Origin: Gemmatimonadota bacterium
Lineage (GTDB): Bacteria; Gemmatimonadota; Gemmatimonadetes; Palauibacterales; Palauibacteraceae
Direction: 5' to 3'
Assembly (NCBI GenBank): GCA_965116475.1
Contig: OZ220691.1
Coordinates: 1,760,001 to 1,824,000, forward strand
DNA: 64,000 bases
Position numbers and translations under genes: made by a program. Positions within the stretch are counted from its first letter, which is position 1. Each line of letters opens with the position of its first letter. Below the pieces are notes generated by a model, which saw only the letters and a program-made list of their open reading frames with translations, was not told where the DNA came from and searched no databases. Of the stretch, positions 1 through 9,190 are shown in pieces.

Positions 1-2
1 TG

Positions 3-545
3 AAGCTCACCTACGGCCCCTTCATTTATCGCGCCGTAATCGAGGCCCTGGGCGAATACCCGATCCTCAACTCGTCCGTCGACGGATCGCGAATCGTGTA
101 TCACGGCAACATCAATCTCGGGATCGCGGTGGCCATCAACGACGGACGCGAGCTCATTGTCCCCGTGCTCAAGGACGCGGATCAGCTCAGCCTGCTGGGA
201 CTCGCCCAGCGTTCGAACGAACTCGCCGAGAAGGCGCGCGGCAGGGCGCTCGACTTCGACGACATTCAGGGCGGGACGTTCACGATCACGAACGTGGGGG
301 TCTTCGGGAACCTTTTCGGAACCCCGATCATCAACCAGCCCCAGGTCGCCATCCTCGGAACGGGTGTCATCGAGAAGCGTCCCGTCGTCGTACAGGACGG
401 GCTCGGCAACGACGTGATCGCGATCCGCCACCGGGCCTACTTCGGTCTTTCCTACGACCACCGCGTGGTTGACGGCGCGATGGCGGCGTTCTTCCTGAAC
501 CGGGTCCAGGAATACCTCGAGGGCTTCCCGGAGGACTCCGCTTGA
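3..545 (+). CDS. 2-oxoacid dehydrogenase E2 dihydrolipoamide acyltransferase, C-terminal part (5' truncated by window)
   Basis: Frame is open from the window start (KLTYGPFIYRAV...). Contains GGTFTITNVG, PIINQPQVAILG and the catalytic SYDHRVVDG motif. Confidence 0.95.
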   Translation, partial: KLTYGPFIYRAVIEALGEYPILNSSVDGSRIVYHGNINLGIAVAINDGRELIVPVLKDADQLSLLGLAQRSNELAEKARGRALDFDDIQGGTFTITNVGVFGNLFGTPIINQPQVAILGTGVIEKRPVVVQDGLGNDVIAIRHRAYFGLSYDHRVVDGAMAAFFLNRVQEYLEGFPEDSA

Positions 546-616
546 CAGTCATCCTGACGGCCCGGTAGGCTGGCCGCGTCACCCACCCCTACCCCACGAA
601 GAGTCGACGAAAGACC

Positions 617-1399
617 ATGGAAAGCTCGGTCGCGGTTCGAGATCGCGGTTTCGGCAAGACCCTCCGCAGGGATCGCTGGTGGGTGCCGCCCCTGAGCGTA
701 GCGCTGGGGCTCGGCCTCTTCGGAGGCTACGCCACCTGGGCGGTCCTGCAGGGCGGCAACTATTTCGCCGACCCCTACCTGTCTCCGCTGTACTCGCCGT
801 GCATCGCCGCGAGCTGCCCGGAACAGATCCGCCTGTTCGGAATCGACTGGTGGCCGTTCTCTCCGGCCATACTGATGATGGGCGTGATCCTCGGGTTCCG
901 CGGGACATGCTACTACTACCGGAAGGCGTACTACCGCGCCTATTTCCTCGACCCGCCCGCCTGTGCGGTGGGCGAGTTCCGCGGCGACAGGTATGCGGGC
1001 GAGACGCGGCTGCCATGGGTTCTCCAGAACCTTCACCGCTATTTCCTGTACGCCTCGATCATCATCTGGCTCTTCCTGACGTACGATACGATTCACGGGT
1101 TCTTCTTCGAGGACGGCTTCGGCGTCGGCGTCGGATCCATCGTCCTACTGATCAACCTCGTGCTGCTCTCCGGGTACTGGTTCGGCTGCCACTCGCTCCG
1201 GCACCTCATCGGCGGCGATGTCGATTGCTATTCCTGCGCGCTGGCGGGAAAGGCCCGCCACCGGGCGTGGAAGGGCGTGAGCTGGTTCAACAGGCGACAC
1301 ATGAGCTGGGCCTGGTTCAGCCTCGTCTTCGTGTGCATGACGGATCTGTACATCCGGCTGGTGGCGATGCGGGTGTTCGAGGATCCCCGACTCTTCTGA
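617..1399 (+). CDS. Succinate dehydrogenase membrane anchor, Sdh1/Rv0249c-like
   Basis: Multi-TM protein with FRGTCYYYRKAY, LHRYF and GCHSLRH motifs; directly upstream of sdhA/sdhB. Confidence 0.85.
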   Translation: MESSVAVRDRGFGKTLRRDRWWVPPLSVALGLGLFGGYATWAVLQGGNYFADPYLSPLYSPCIAASCPEQIRLFGIDWWPFSPAILMMGVILGFRGTCYYYRKAYYRAYFLDPPACAVGEFRGDRYAGETRLPWVLQNLHRYFLYASIIIWLFLTYDTIHGFFFEDGFGVGVGSIVLLINLVLLSGYWFGCHSLRHLIGGDVDCYSCALAGKARHRAWKGVSWFNRRHMSWAWFSLVFVCMTDLYIRLVAMRVFEDPRLF

Positions 1400-1425
1400 A
1401 CCCAACGGAGCAGAGCGGACCTTCC

Positions 1426-3222
1426 ATGGAGATTTCAGAACGCCACGAGCATGACGTCCTCGTGATCGGAGCCGGAGGCGCCGGGCTGCGTGCGGCGATC
1501 GCGGCCATCGAGGCGGGCGCATCCGTGGGACTCGTCGGCAAGTCGCTGCTCGGCAAGGCGCACACGGTCATGGCCGAGGGCGGGATGGCGGCCGCGCTCG
1601 GCAACAACCGTCCCGAAGACAATTGGCGGGTCCATTTCCGCGATACGATGCGGGGCGGCAAGGGGTTGTGCGACTGGCGGATGGCCAGGGCGCACGCCGC
1701 GGAGGCTCCGGATCGCGTGAGAGAGCTCGAGGCCTGGGGCGCCCTCTTCGACCGGGCGGACGACGGACGCATGAACCAGCGTCCGTTCGGGGGGCACACC
1801 TACGGAAGGCTGGCGCACGTCGGCGACCGGACGGGCCTGGAGATGATCCGGACGCTTCAGGATCATGCCGTGCATGAAGGCGCCGACGTCTTCATGGAGT
1901 GCACGGTGTTCCGGCTGATCCTCGTGGACGGCCGAGTGGCCGGAGCACTCGCGTATTGGCGCCCGACGGGGGAGTTCGTGCTCTTCCGCGCCCGGACGGT
2001 CATTCTCGCCACGGGGGGATTGGGCAAGGCCTGGAAGGTGACCTCCAATTCCTGGGAGTGCACGGGCGACGGGGTGGCGCTCGCCTACGAAGCGGGGGCC
2101 GAACTCATGGGGATGGAGTTCGTTCAGTTTCACCCCACTGGCATGGTGTGGCCGCCCAGCGTGCGCGGCACCCTCGTCACGGAAGGCGTCCGGGGCGAGG
2201 GAGGGGTGCTCACGAACGGGGACGGCGAGCGCTTCATGTTCCGGTACGTTCCCGAGATGTTCGAGGGGGATTACGCGGAGAGCGAGGAGGAAGCCGACCG
2301 GTGGGTGGAAGGCGACCGCACGGCAAACCGCCGGCCGCCGGAGCTGCTCACCCGGGACGTCGTGGCGAAGGCGATCGTCGCGGAGGTGGAGGCCGGGCGC
2401 GGAAGCCCCCACGGCGGCGTCTTCCTCAATATCTCGGAGAAGCGGAGCCCCGAGTACATAAAGGCCAAGCTCCCGAGCATGTATCACCAGTTCAAGGAAC
2501 TCGCGGGGGTCGACATCACGACCGACGCGATGGAGGTCGGGCCGACGACCCACTACGCCATGGGGGGGGTGAAGGTACACCCGGAGACGGCGGCGACCTG
2601 CGTTCCCGGACTGTACGCGGCGGGCGAAGTGGCCGCGGGCCTCCACGGCGGCAATCGACTCGGCGGCAACTCGCTCTCCGACCTTGTCGTGTTCGGTCAG
2701 CGCGCCGGCGCCGCCGCGGCCGAAGAAGCGAGAGGCGTATCCCTCGCCGAAATTCCGGCATCCGAACTGTCGTCGGCCGTCGCCGGCGCGACGGCGCCCT
2801 TCGCGCGCGAGGGTGGACGCAATCCCTTCGGCCTGCAGGAAGAGTTGCAGCAGATCATGCAGGACAAGGTCGGCATCGCCCGTACGGAGGAGGCGCTGCG
2901 CGGGGCCCTCGAGGACGTGCACCGGCTGCGTGCGGCGCTCGAAAGCTGCTCGGTCCACGGTGGGCGGGCTTTCAACCCCGGTTGGCACACCTGGCTCGAC
3001 CTCTACGCCATGCTCACGGTGTCCGAGGCGGTCATCCTCTCGGCGCTCGAGCGCCGGGAGAGCCGCGGTGCGCATACCAGGATCGACTATCCGGACTCCG
3101 ACGCCTCGCTCGGACGGGTCAACATTGTCATCCGATCCTCCGACGGACGGATGGTGACCGACACCGAACCGGTGTCGGAACCGCCGGCCGAACTGAGGCA
3201 GCTCATCGAGGAAGGGGTGTAG
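1426..3222 (+). CDS. sdhA: Succinate dehydrogenase/fumarate reductase flavoprotein subunit
   Basis: DVLVIGAGGAG, AHTVMAEGG (covalent FAD His), QFHPTG, HYAMGG and GGNRLGGNSL motifs. Start set at ATG 1426 (MEISERHEHD). Confidence 0.95.
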   Translation: MEISERHEHDVLVIGAGGAGLRAAIAAIEAGASVGLVGKSLLGKAHTVMAEGGMAAALGNNRPEDNWRVHFRDTMRGGKGLCDWRMARAHAAEAPDRVRELEAWGALFDRADDGRMNQRPFGGHTYGRLAHVGDRTGLEMIRTLQDHAVHEGADVFMECTVFRLILVDGRVAGALAYWRPTGEFVLFRARTVILATGGLGKAWKVTSNSWECTGDGVALAYEAGAELMGMEFVQFHPTGMVWPPSVRGTLVTEGVRGEGGVLTNGDGERFMFRYVPEMFEGDYAESEEEADRWVEGDRTANRRPPELLTRDVVAKAIVAEVEAGRGSPHGGVFLNISEKRSPEYIKAKLPSMYHQFKELAGVDITTDAMEVGPTTHYAMGGVKVHPETAATCVPGLYAAGEVAAGLHGGNRLGGNSLSDLVVFGQRAGAAAAEEARGVSLAEIPASELSSAVAGATAPFAREGGRNPFGLQEELQQIMQDKVGIARTEEALRGALEDVHRLRAALESCSVHGGRAFNPGWHTWLDLYAMLTVSEAVILSALERRESRGAHTRIDYPDSDASLGRVNIVIRSSDGRMVTDTEPVSEPPAELRQLIEEGV

Positions 3223-3226
3223 CGAG

Positions 3227-3976
3227 GTGGCGGAACGAACTTTCCAGGTCTACCGCGGATCCGACGACGACGGACGCCTCGAATCCTATACGATCGAGGT
3301 CGATCAGGGCATGGTCGTGCTGGACGCGATCCACCGCATCCAGGCGGAGCACGCACCGGACCTCGCGGTGCGCTGGAATTGCAAGGCAGGCAAATGTGGA
3401 TCCTGCAGTTGCGAGGTCAACGGGCGGCCTCGCCTGACGTGCATGACGCGACTCTCCGATTACGAGGACGGCGAATCGATCACGGTCACGCCGATGAAGG
3501 CCTTTCCCGTCATCAAGGATCTCGTCGCCGACGTCTCGCAGGCATACCGAAACAACGCCTCGATCCCGCGTTTCCGGCCGCGTCCCCGCGACGCGGAGGA
3601 CGGCTGGCGGATGAAGCAGTTCGAGATCGAGAGGGCGCAGGAAATGAGGAAGTGCATCGAGTGCTTCCTCTGCCAGGATGTATGTCACGTCCTCCGGTCA
3701 CACCGGAAGCACGCGGAGTTCATCGGCCCCACGTACCTCGTGAGAACGGCCGGATACAGTCTGAACCCGATCGACGTGGAGGACCGGAGCGCGTTTCTCA
3801 AGGAGGCGGGGGGCATCGGGTTCTGCAACATCACGAAGTGCTGCACGGAGGTCTGCCCCGAGAGCATCTCCATCACGGACAACGCCATCATCCCCCTGAA
3901 GGAACGGGTCGTCGACCGCTTCTACGACCCCTTGAAGGCGCTCGTGCGACTCGTGCGGAGACGCCCGTCGCCCTAG
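3227..3976 (+). CDS. sdhB: Succinate dehydrogenase iron-sulfur subunit
   Basis: Cys motifs CKAGKCGSC...C, CIECFLCQDVC and CNITKCCTEVC. Confidence 0.95.
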   Translation: MAERTFQVYRGSDDDGRLESYTIEVDQGMVVLDAIHRIQAEHAPDLAVRWNCKAGKCGSCSCEVNGRPRLTCMTRLSDYEDGESITVTPMKAFPVIKDLVADVSQAYRNNASIPRFRPRPRDAEDGWRMKQFEIERAQEMRKCIECFLCQDVCHVLRSHRKHAEFIGPTYLVRTAGYSLNPIDVEDRSAFLKEAGGIGFCNITKCCTEVCPESISITDNAIIPLKERVVDRFYDPLKALVRLVRRRPSP

Positions 3977-4002
3977 CAGCGACACTACACTGGCCGGTAC
4001 AA

Positions 4003-4464
4003 CTAGCCGGCGTCCTCGACGTTCAACACGTGCATCTCGGCAATCCGGCGGAGCCCGGAGCCTGACGTCAGGTACACCTCCGCGCCCGAGACGAGCGCCG
4101 TCGCAATCTGCAGGGCCCGTTCCGGCCGACCTCCGAGCTTGGCTCGTACCTCGGCGGCCTGAATGGCGATTTCGGGGCTGGCCGACACGATGCCCAGGCG
4201 AGGGTAGAGCCGCAGGTGACGCGCCACGTTGCGAGCCAATGCCGGCTTGCCCTGCCGGTACACCTCCACGAGAACCTGGTACAGCGTCAGGCTCGACGTC
4301 TGGGCCTTGATTCTGCCGCCCGCGATGCCCGAGAAGACGATGTCCGTTCGTCTCGTCGCGCCCGTGCCGGTCAGGTGAAGTGCGAAGACACGAGCGTCGA
4401 CGTGGACGAGACCGGCCCGGACCAGACGCTCTTCGAGGCCTGCATGGCTCGCGTCCTCCGCCAT
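4003..4464 (-). CDS. PIN-domain (VapC-like) protein with degenerate active site
   Basis: PIN-like pattern (VHVDARV ... AAEVRAKLG...ALQIATAL...YLT); start abuts the antitoxin stop (TGA-ATG). Confidence 0.7.
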   Translation of the reverse strand: MAEDASHAGLEERLVRAGLVHVDARVFALHLTGTGATRRTDIVFSGIAGGRIKAQTSSLTLYQVLVEVYRQGKPALARNVARHLRLYPRLGIVSASPEIAIQAAEVRAKLGGRPERALQIATALVSGAEVYLTSGSGLRRIAEMHVLNVEDAG

Positions 4465-4686
4465 TCAGGCGTCCTCGAGTTCGATCCAGAGATCCCCGCC
4501 GTCGATGACATCCCGTAGCGCGCCCCGGAGGCGGTCTTCCTGGTCCGGCGGCAGCTTCTCCATTCTGACGGTGTCGCCGTCCACCGACACTGCGAGCCGG
4601 TCGCCGGGCCTGAGGCCGAGCGCCTCACGTGCGGCTTTCGGCACCACGATCTGGTTCTTGCTGCTCATCTTTACGGAAACGACCAT
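4465..4686 (-). CDS. AbrB/MazE/SpoVT-family antitoxin
   Basis: KMSSKNQIVVPKAAREALGLRPGDRL is the AbrB signature; 73 aa. Confidence 0.88.
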   Translation of the reverse strand: MVVSVKMSSKNQIVVPKAAREALGLRPGDRLAVSVDGDTVRMEKLPPDQEDRLRGALRDVIDGGDLWIELEDA

Positions 4687-4779
4687 GCTGCCAACCGTAA
4701 CGCTTTACGATGCCGCTTGGCAACGAGACCGTACAAAGCAAGTAGGGGGGTAGGGCGCGGATCGGGTCGCACGACCCCG

Positions 4780-5766
4780 TCAGTTGAACAGCCAGACCAT
4801 CACGATGTAGGCGAGGTAGAGGAGCAGTAGCAACCCGCCCTCGGCCCTCTGCACCGTGCCGCGGTGCAGGGCGAGAGGGATGAGGATGACGGAAAAAGCC
4901 AGGGCTGGAAGCACATAGCCGACGACGATGGTCGGATGGAGTACGAGCGGTCGAACGAGCGCGGCGGTCCCGAGCACGAGGCCGAGATTGAACACGTTCG
5001 AGCCGATCACGTTTCCGATCGCGATGTCTCCCATGCGCCGGAAGGCGGCCACCAGGGTAGAGGCCAATTCCGGCAGTGAAGTGCCGACCGCGATCATCGT
5101 GGCGGCGATCACCGCCTCCGGAACGGCCAGCGACCGGGCGATCCCCTCTGCGCCCTCCAACAGCCAACTCGCCCCGTACGTAAGGCAAGGCAGGCCGAGG
5201 CCGATCCGCACGAGCGACCACCAGACTCCCGGTGCTTCGGTATCGGTCTCCGGCGGATCGGTTCCGGCCACCGGCGGGGGCGGGTCCGGATCGGGCGCGC
5301 GATCCGGCTTCCCGAACAGGCCTACCTGTTCCCACCTCAGGAGAAAGAACAGGTAGAGTGCCCAGCCGGAGACGAGCACGACCCCGTCGAGGCGTCCGAC
5401 GGCATCGTTCAGTGACAGCACCATCACGAGAGAGAGCACGATGATGACGAGCGGTGTCTCGCGCACGATGACCCGCCGGTGCACCTCGATCGGTCGAATC
5501 AGGGCGCCGATGCCCACGATCAAGCCCACGTTCGCGGCCGTGGAACCCATGATGTTGCCGACGGCCACGTCCGGCTGGCCCTCCAGCGACGCAAGTGCGC
5601 TCACGACCAGTTCCGGGGCCGAGGTGCCGAAAGCGACCACGGTCAGGCCGACGACGAGCGGGCTGACGCCGAATCGCTGCGCGAGGCCGGCGGCGCCGCG
5701 AACGAGCCAGTCCGCGCCGAGCGTCAGGGGCAGGAACGCGAAGGCGAAGAGGAGGGTGTTCCTCAT
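4780..5766 (-). CDS. Calcium/sodium antiporter (YrbG/CaCA family)
   Basis: Two alpha repeats, GTSAPEL...GNIMGS and GTSLPEL...GNVIGSN; multiple TM helices. Confidence 0.93.
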   Translation of the reverse strand: MRNTLLFAFAFLPLTLGADWLVRGAAGLAQRFGVSPLVVGLTVVAFGTSAPELVVSALASLEGQPDVAVGNIMGSTAANVGLIVGIGALIRPIEVHRRVIVRETPLVIIVLSLVMVLSLNDAVGRLDGVVLVSGWALYLFFLLRWEQVGLFGKPDRAPDPDPPPPVAGTDPPETDTEAPGVWWSLVRIGLGLPCLTYGASWLLEGAEGIARSLAVPEAVIAATMIAVGTSLPELASTLVAAFRRMGDIAIGNVIGSNVFNLGLVLGTAALVRPLVLHPTIVVGYVLPALAFSVILIPLALHRGTVQRAEGGLLLLLYLAYIVMVWLFN

Positions 5767-5849
5767 CCGCGGTTACGGCGTTCCGTCAAGCGGATCGCGC
5801 GGCGCGACCCCCGCTGCGGCCGGGAAGCCGGAGGGGGGGAGGCCTCGCT

Positions 5850-6302
5850 TCAGCTCGGCCCGGCCGCGCGCTGAGACTTCTGCGGCTGAATCGAGGGGGA
5901 CGTGCCCTTGCGGGTAGAAACGGTCGACTTTTCGTCCGCTGCCTTTGCCGTCATGTGGAGACGACCCTCGATCTGGCCGCCTTCGTCGAGTTTTACCCGG
6001 CGGCTCCGAATGTCGCCCTCGATCTTGCAGGTTTCCTGCAGTTCCACGCGACTGGCTCCCGAGACGGTCCCCACCACGGTGCCGGCGACCACGACATCCT
6101 GCGTCTCGATATCCCCGGTAATACGTCCATCCTTGCCAACCACAACGGATTTCGTCGCCTTGACCGAGCCTTCGATCTTGCCTTCGACCCGGACCGTGCC
6201 ATCGCACATTACGTCCCCGAGGATCGTCATTCCGGGCGCGACGACCGAGACCACGTCGCTGAGCTCACGGGTGTGCCCGCCATGTCGAGAATCTCTAGCC
6301 AT
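5850..6302 (-). CDS. Bactofilin (polymer-forming cytoskeletal protein)
   Basis: SVVAPGMTILGDV...VRVEGKIEGSV...IEGDI...LDEGGQIEG beta-helix pattern. Start ATG 6302 follows a GGAG SD. Confidence 0.9.
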   Translation of the reverse strand: MARDSRHGGHTRELSDVVSVVAPGMTILGDVMCDGTVRVEGKIEGSVKATKSVVVGKDGRITGDIETQDVVVAGTVVGTVSGASRVELQETCKIEGDIRSRRVKLDEGGQIEGRLHMTAKAADEKSTVSTRKGTSPSIQPQKSQRAAGPS

Positions 6303-6315
6303 TTCGCTCCATTCC

Positions 6316-7128
6316 TTACTCCGGTTGCCTCTCCGCCGGGGCTCCCGTGTTGTCCCGACCGCTTTGGTCCGCCACCAGCGAGAGTGGGTCCAATAGTGCG
6401 CCGTTCCGAGCCAGTTCCAGGTGCAGATGGGGGGCCGAGGATCTTCCCGTGTTTCCCGTGAGGGCGATGACCTCGAGCCGCTCGACCACATCGCCGGGCT
6501 CGGCAAACAGCCAGGCGTTGTGACCATACAATGACGTTAGCCCGTCGGCGTGCGCAATCCGCAGAAACTTTCCATAGATCGGGTCTTCGCCCGCCTCCTC
6601 GACCCTTCCCGCTTGAATCGCCCGCACGTACGACCCCGTCGGCACGGCGATGTCCAATCCCGGGTGTCCCTCGCGTGAATCGGCCGGCCGTGAACCGTAG
6701 TGACGGGTGATGAAGCCGCGCTGCGTGAGAGGCCAGGCGGGGGTCGTCGCCTCCGCCGAGGTGGCCGAACTGACCTCCACGCCTCCCCTGAGGACGACGT
6801 TCACCGGCGGGGATTCCTCAGGCCGCCCGGCCGTTACCGCAGCCTGAAGGAAACCGAACTCTTCCTCGAGTTCGTACAAGCGGCCCGCCAAGTGGTTCAT
6901 CCTCTCGCGCTCGCTTTCGAGCGTCGCGAGTTCCGCCTCCAGTTCGAGCACGCGATTGGACTCGGTCCGCCAGGCCGTCAGCAGGCCTCCCAGAAACCCC
7001 AGGCCGAACAGGCCGATGATCGTGCCCGCCACCGCGAGAAGCAGCCGTGCGCGGCCGAGCGGCAGCGATCGTACCTGTCGGCCATCCCGGCTGACCAACT
7101 GCAGCGTCCATCGCCGGAGGAACGTCAT
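6316..7128 (-). CDS. M23 family metallopeptidase with N-terminal TM and coiled coil
   Basis: HPGLD, YGH and GNTGRSSAPHLH motifs; overlaps the parB stop (ATGA). Confidence 0.92.
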   Translation of the reverse strand: MTFLRRWTLQLVSRDGRQVRSLPLGRARLLLAVAGTIIGLFGLGFLGGLLTAWRTESNRVLELEAELATLESERERMNHLAGRLYELEEEFGFLQAAVTAGRPEESPPVNVVLRGGVEVSSATSAEATTPAWPLTQRGFITRHYGSRPADSREGHPGLDIAVPTGSYVRAIQAGRVEEAGEDPIYGKFLRIAHADGLTSLYGHNAWLFAEPGDVVERLEVIALTGNTGRSSAPHLHLELARNGALLDPLSLVADQSGRDNTGAPAERQPE

Positions 7129-8021
7129 TCGCGAAGCTCCGCAGCGAGTTCGGCCCCTCCCATCAGGGCAACGAGCCGCAGAAAATCATCCGTATCATGG
7201 AAACGCACGACGACCTCGCCGGCGCCATCCGACCGCGTCCGGATCCGTACCTGGGTTCCAAATCCTCGCTCGAGCCCCAGTTCGGCTCGCCTCACCACGG
7301 GATCGCCCGTCCCTGCCGACGTCTTCCCCCGCGTCGTCTGCCGCCCCGGTTTTGCCGAGCGGTCCCGGCGGACACGACGTTCCGTCTCCCTGACGGACCA
7401 CTCCTGTTCCGCCGCTTCCAGCGCGACGCGGGTCTGCTCCTCGGGTGTGGACAGCGCCAGCAGCGCGCGACCGTGGCCCGCGGACAGCTCTCCCCTGGCG
7501 AGCAAACCCAGCACCGGCTCCGGCAGGGCGAGCAGTCGCAGAGCGTTCGCCACGGTTGACCTGTCCCGCCCCACGTGCCGTCCTACCTGCTCCTGCGTCA
7601 GACCGAAGTCCCGCATCAGTCTACGGTATCCCCGAGCTTCGTCAAGTGCTGACAGGTCATGACGTTGCAGGTTTTCAACCAGCGCGACGACAAGCATCTG
7701 CTCGTCGTCCAGGGTCCGCACGAGAGCCGGAACCGATGTCCAGCCCAGACTCTGAATCGCCCGGAACCGCCGCTCACCCACGACGATCTCGAACGCCTCT
7801 CCCACGGGCCTGACGACGACAGGTTGGAGCAAGCCGTTCTCGCGGATGGAATCCGCGAGTTCCTTGAGGCGGGTCGGATCGAAGTCGGCACGAGGCTGGA
7901 ACGGATTCGCCCGGACGGCGTCGACCGGGATTTCCGCTTCCGCCGCCCCACGTTCCGTTCCGAGGTTCTCGCCCAGCAGAGCCGCGAGCCCCTTCCCGAG
8001 ACGACGGTCGTTCCGCGGCAA
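7125..8021 (-). CDS. parB: Chromosome partitioning protein ParB
   Basis: LGKGLAALL, NPFQPR, VGERRFRA (GxxRxxA), ENLQR and HTH RSTVANALRLL. Confidence 0.96.
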   Translation of the reverse strand: MPRNDRRLGKGLAALLGENLGTERGAAEAEIPVDAVRANPFQPRADFDPTRLKELADSIRENGLLQPVVVRPVGEAFEIVVGERRFRAIQSLGWTSVPALVRTLDDEQMLVVALVENLQRHDLSALDEARGYRRLMRDFGLTQEQVGRHVGRDRSTVANALRLLALPEPVLGLLARGELSAGHGRALLALSTPEEQTRVALEAAEQEWSVRETERRVRRDRSAKPGRQTTRGKTSAGTGDPVVRRAELGLERGFGTQVRIRTRSDGAGEVVVRFHDTDDFLRLVALMGGAELAAELRE

Positions 8022-8022
8022 C

Positions 8023-8796
8023 CTACGAGCCCCCGTGCCGAGCGATCAGTTCGCGAGCCAGGCTGAGGTATCCGCGTGCCCCACTCGACAGGACGTCGTA
8101 AAGCGCGATCGGCTCTCCAAAACTCGGGGCCTCGGCAAGCCGAATGTTCCTCGGGATCATCGTATCGAAGACCTTGCCTCCGAAGTACTCACGCGCCTCG
8201 GCGGCCACCTGTTTCGCGAGGTTGAGGCGTGAATCGTACATCGTCAGCAGCACGCCCTCGATCTCGAGTCCCGGGTTGATGTTGCGTTGCACCAGCCGCA
8301 CGGTGTTCAAGAGCTGGCTAAGCCCTTCCAGCGCGTAGAACTCACACTGGATCGGGATGAGCACGGCGTCCGCGGCGGCCAGTGCGTTCAGCGTGAGGAG
8401 CCCGAGGGACGGCGGTGAGTCGATCAGGATATACTCGAATTCATCCCGCAACGCTTCGATCTTCCGGCCGAGGATTCGCTGGCGGTCCGATCGCTCGATC
8501 AATTCCACTTCGGCGCCGGTCAGATCCCGGCTCGCGGACACCACGGACAGACACGGGAAGTGAACCTCCGGCCGCACCGCTGCCTGAAGGGGTTGTCCGT
8601 TTACGAGGCAGTCGTACACGCTGGGGACGTCTCCGTCCTTGCGCAGTCCGAACCCGGACGTCGCGTTGCCCTGCGGGTCGCAATCGATGACGAGCGTATC
8701 GCGCTCCGCGATCGCCAGCGAGGCACCGAGGTTGATCGCCGTGGTGGTCTTGCCGACCCCGCCCTTCTGGTTTGCAATCGCGATCACCCGACCCAA
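8023..8796 (-). CDS. parA: Chromosome partitioning ATPase ParA (Soj)
   Basis: ANQKGGVGKTTT deviant Walker A, DPQGNAT, IDSPPSLG. Start set at TTG 8796. Confidence 0.96.
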   Translation of the reverse strand: MGRVIAIANQKGGVGKTTTAINLGASLAIAERDTLVIDCDPQGNATSGFGLRKDGDVPSVYDCLVNGQPLQAAVRPEVHFPCLSVVSASRDLTGAEVELIERSDRQRILGRKIEALRDEFEYILIDSPPSLGLLTLNALAAADAVLIPIQCEFYALEGLSQLLNTVRLVQRNINPGLEIEGVLLTMYDSRLNLAKQVAAEAREYFGGKVFDTMIPRNIRLAEAPSFGEPIALYDVLSSGARGYLSLARELIARHGGS

Positions 8797-9085
8797 GACA
8801 ATCCACCCCTCGCTGATCGCCGCACGCGGCGGCATGAACGGACGCGCACTTGTAAGCGTATGCTCAGCAACGAACTGGTACCGTGACGACCGAGCGCGGC
8901 ATGTGGGATCGTCGGCCGCCGAGCGGCATCTCCCGCGGAGACATCCGAAAATATACGGCGCTCTCGTGGCGCGGGCGACCTGGGCGGCGCGTCGGAATCC
9001 GCGATCCCCACCGAGGGCCTCACCGCTCTCGGCGTCGACGGGAGGGATCCCTGTCGCGGCTGCCGGGTCCGATCCGCGGACCCCG

Positions 9086-9101
9086 TGTTTCACGTGAAAC
9101 A
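9086..9101. promoter_or_regulatory. parS site 1
   Basis: Perfect palindrome TGTTTCACGTGAAACA, matching the chromosomal parS consensus, upstream of parA. Confidence 0.95.
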
Positions 9102-9154
9102 TGCGATCACGATCGTACCGAGCCAGAACCGGCGCAGGGGGTGAGCAGACGAGA

Positions 9155-9170
9155 CGTTTCACGTGAAACG
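9155..9170. promoter_or_regulatory. parS site 2
   Basis: Perfect palindrome CGTTTCACGTGAAACG. Confidence 0.93.
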
Positions 9171-9190
9171 ATCGCTCGACCTCTCGCCTC

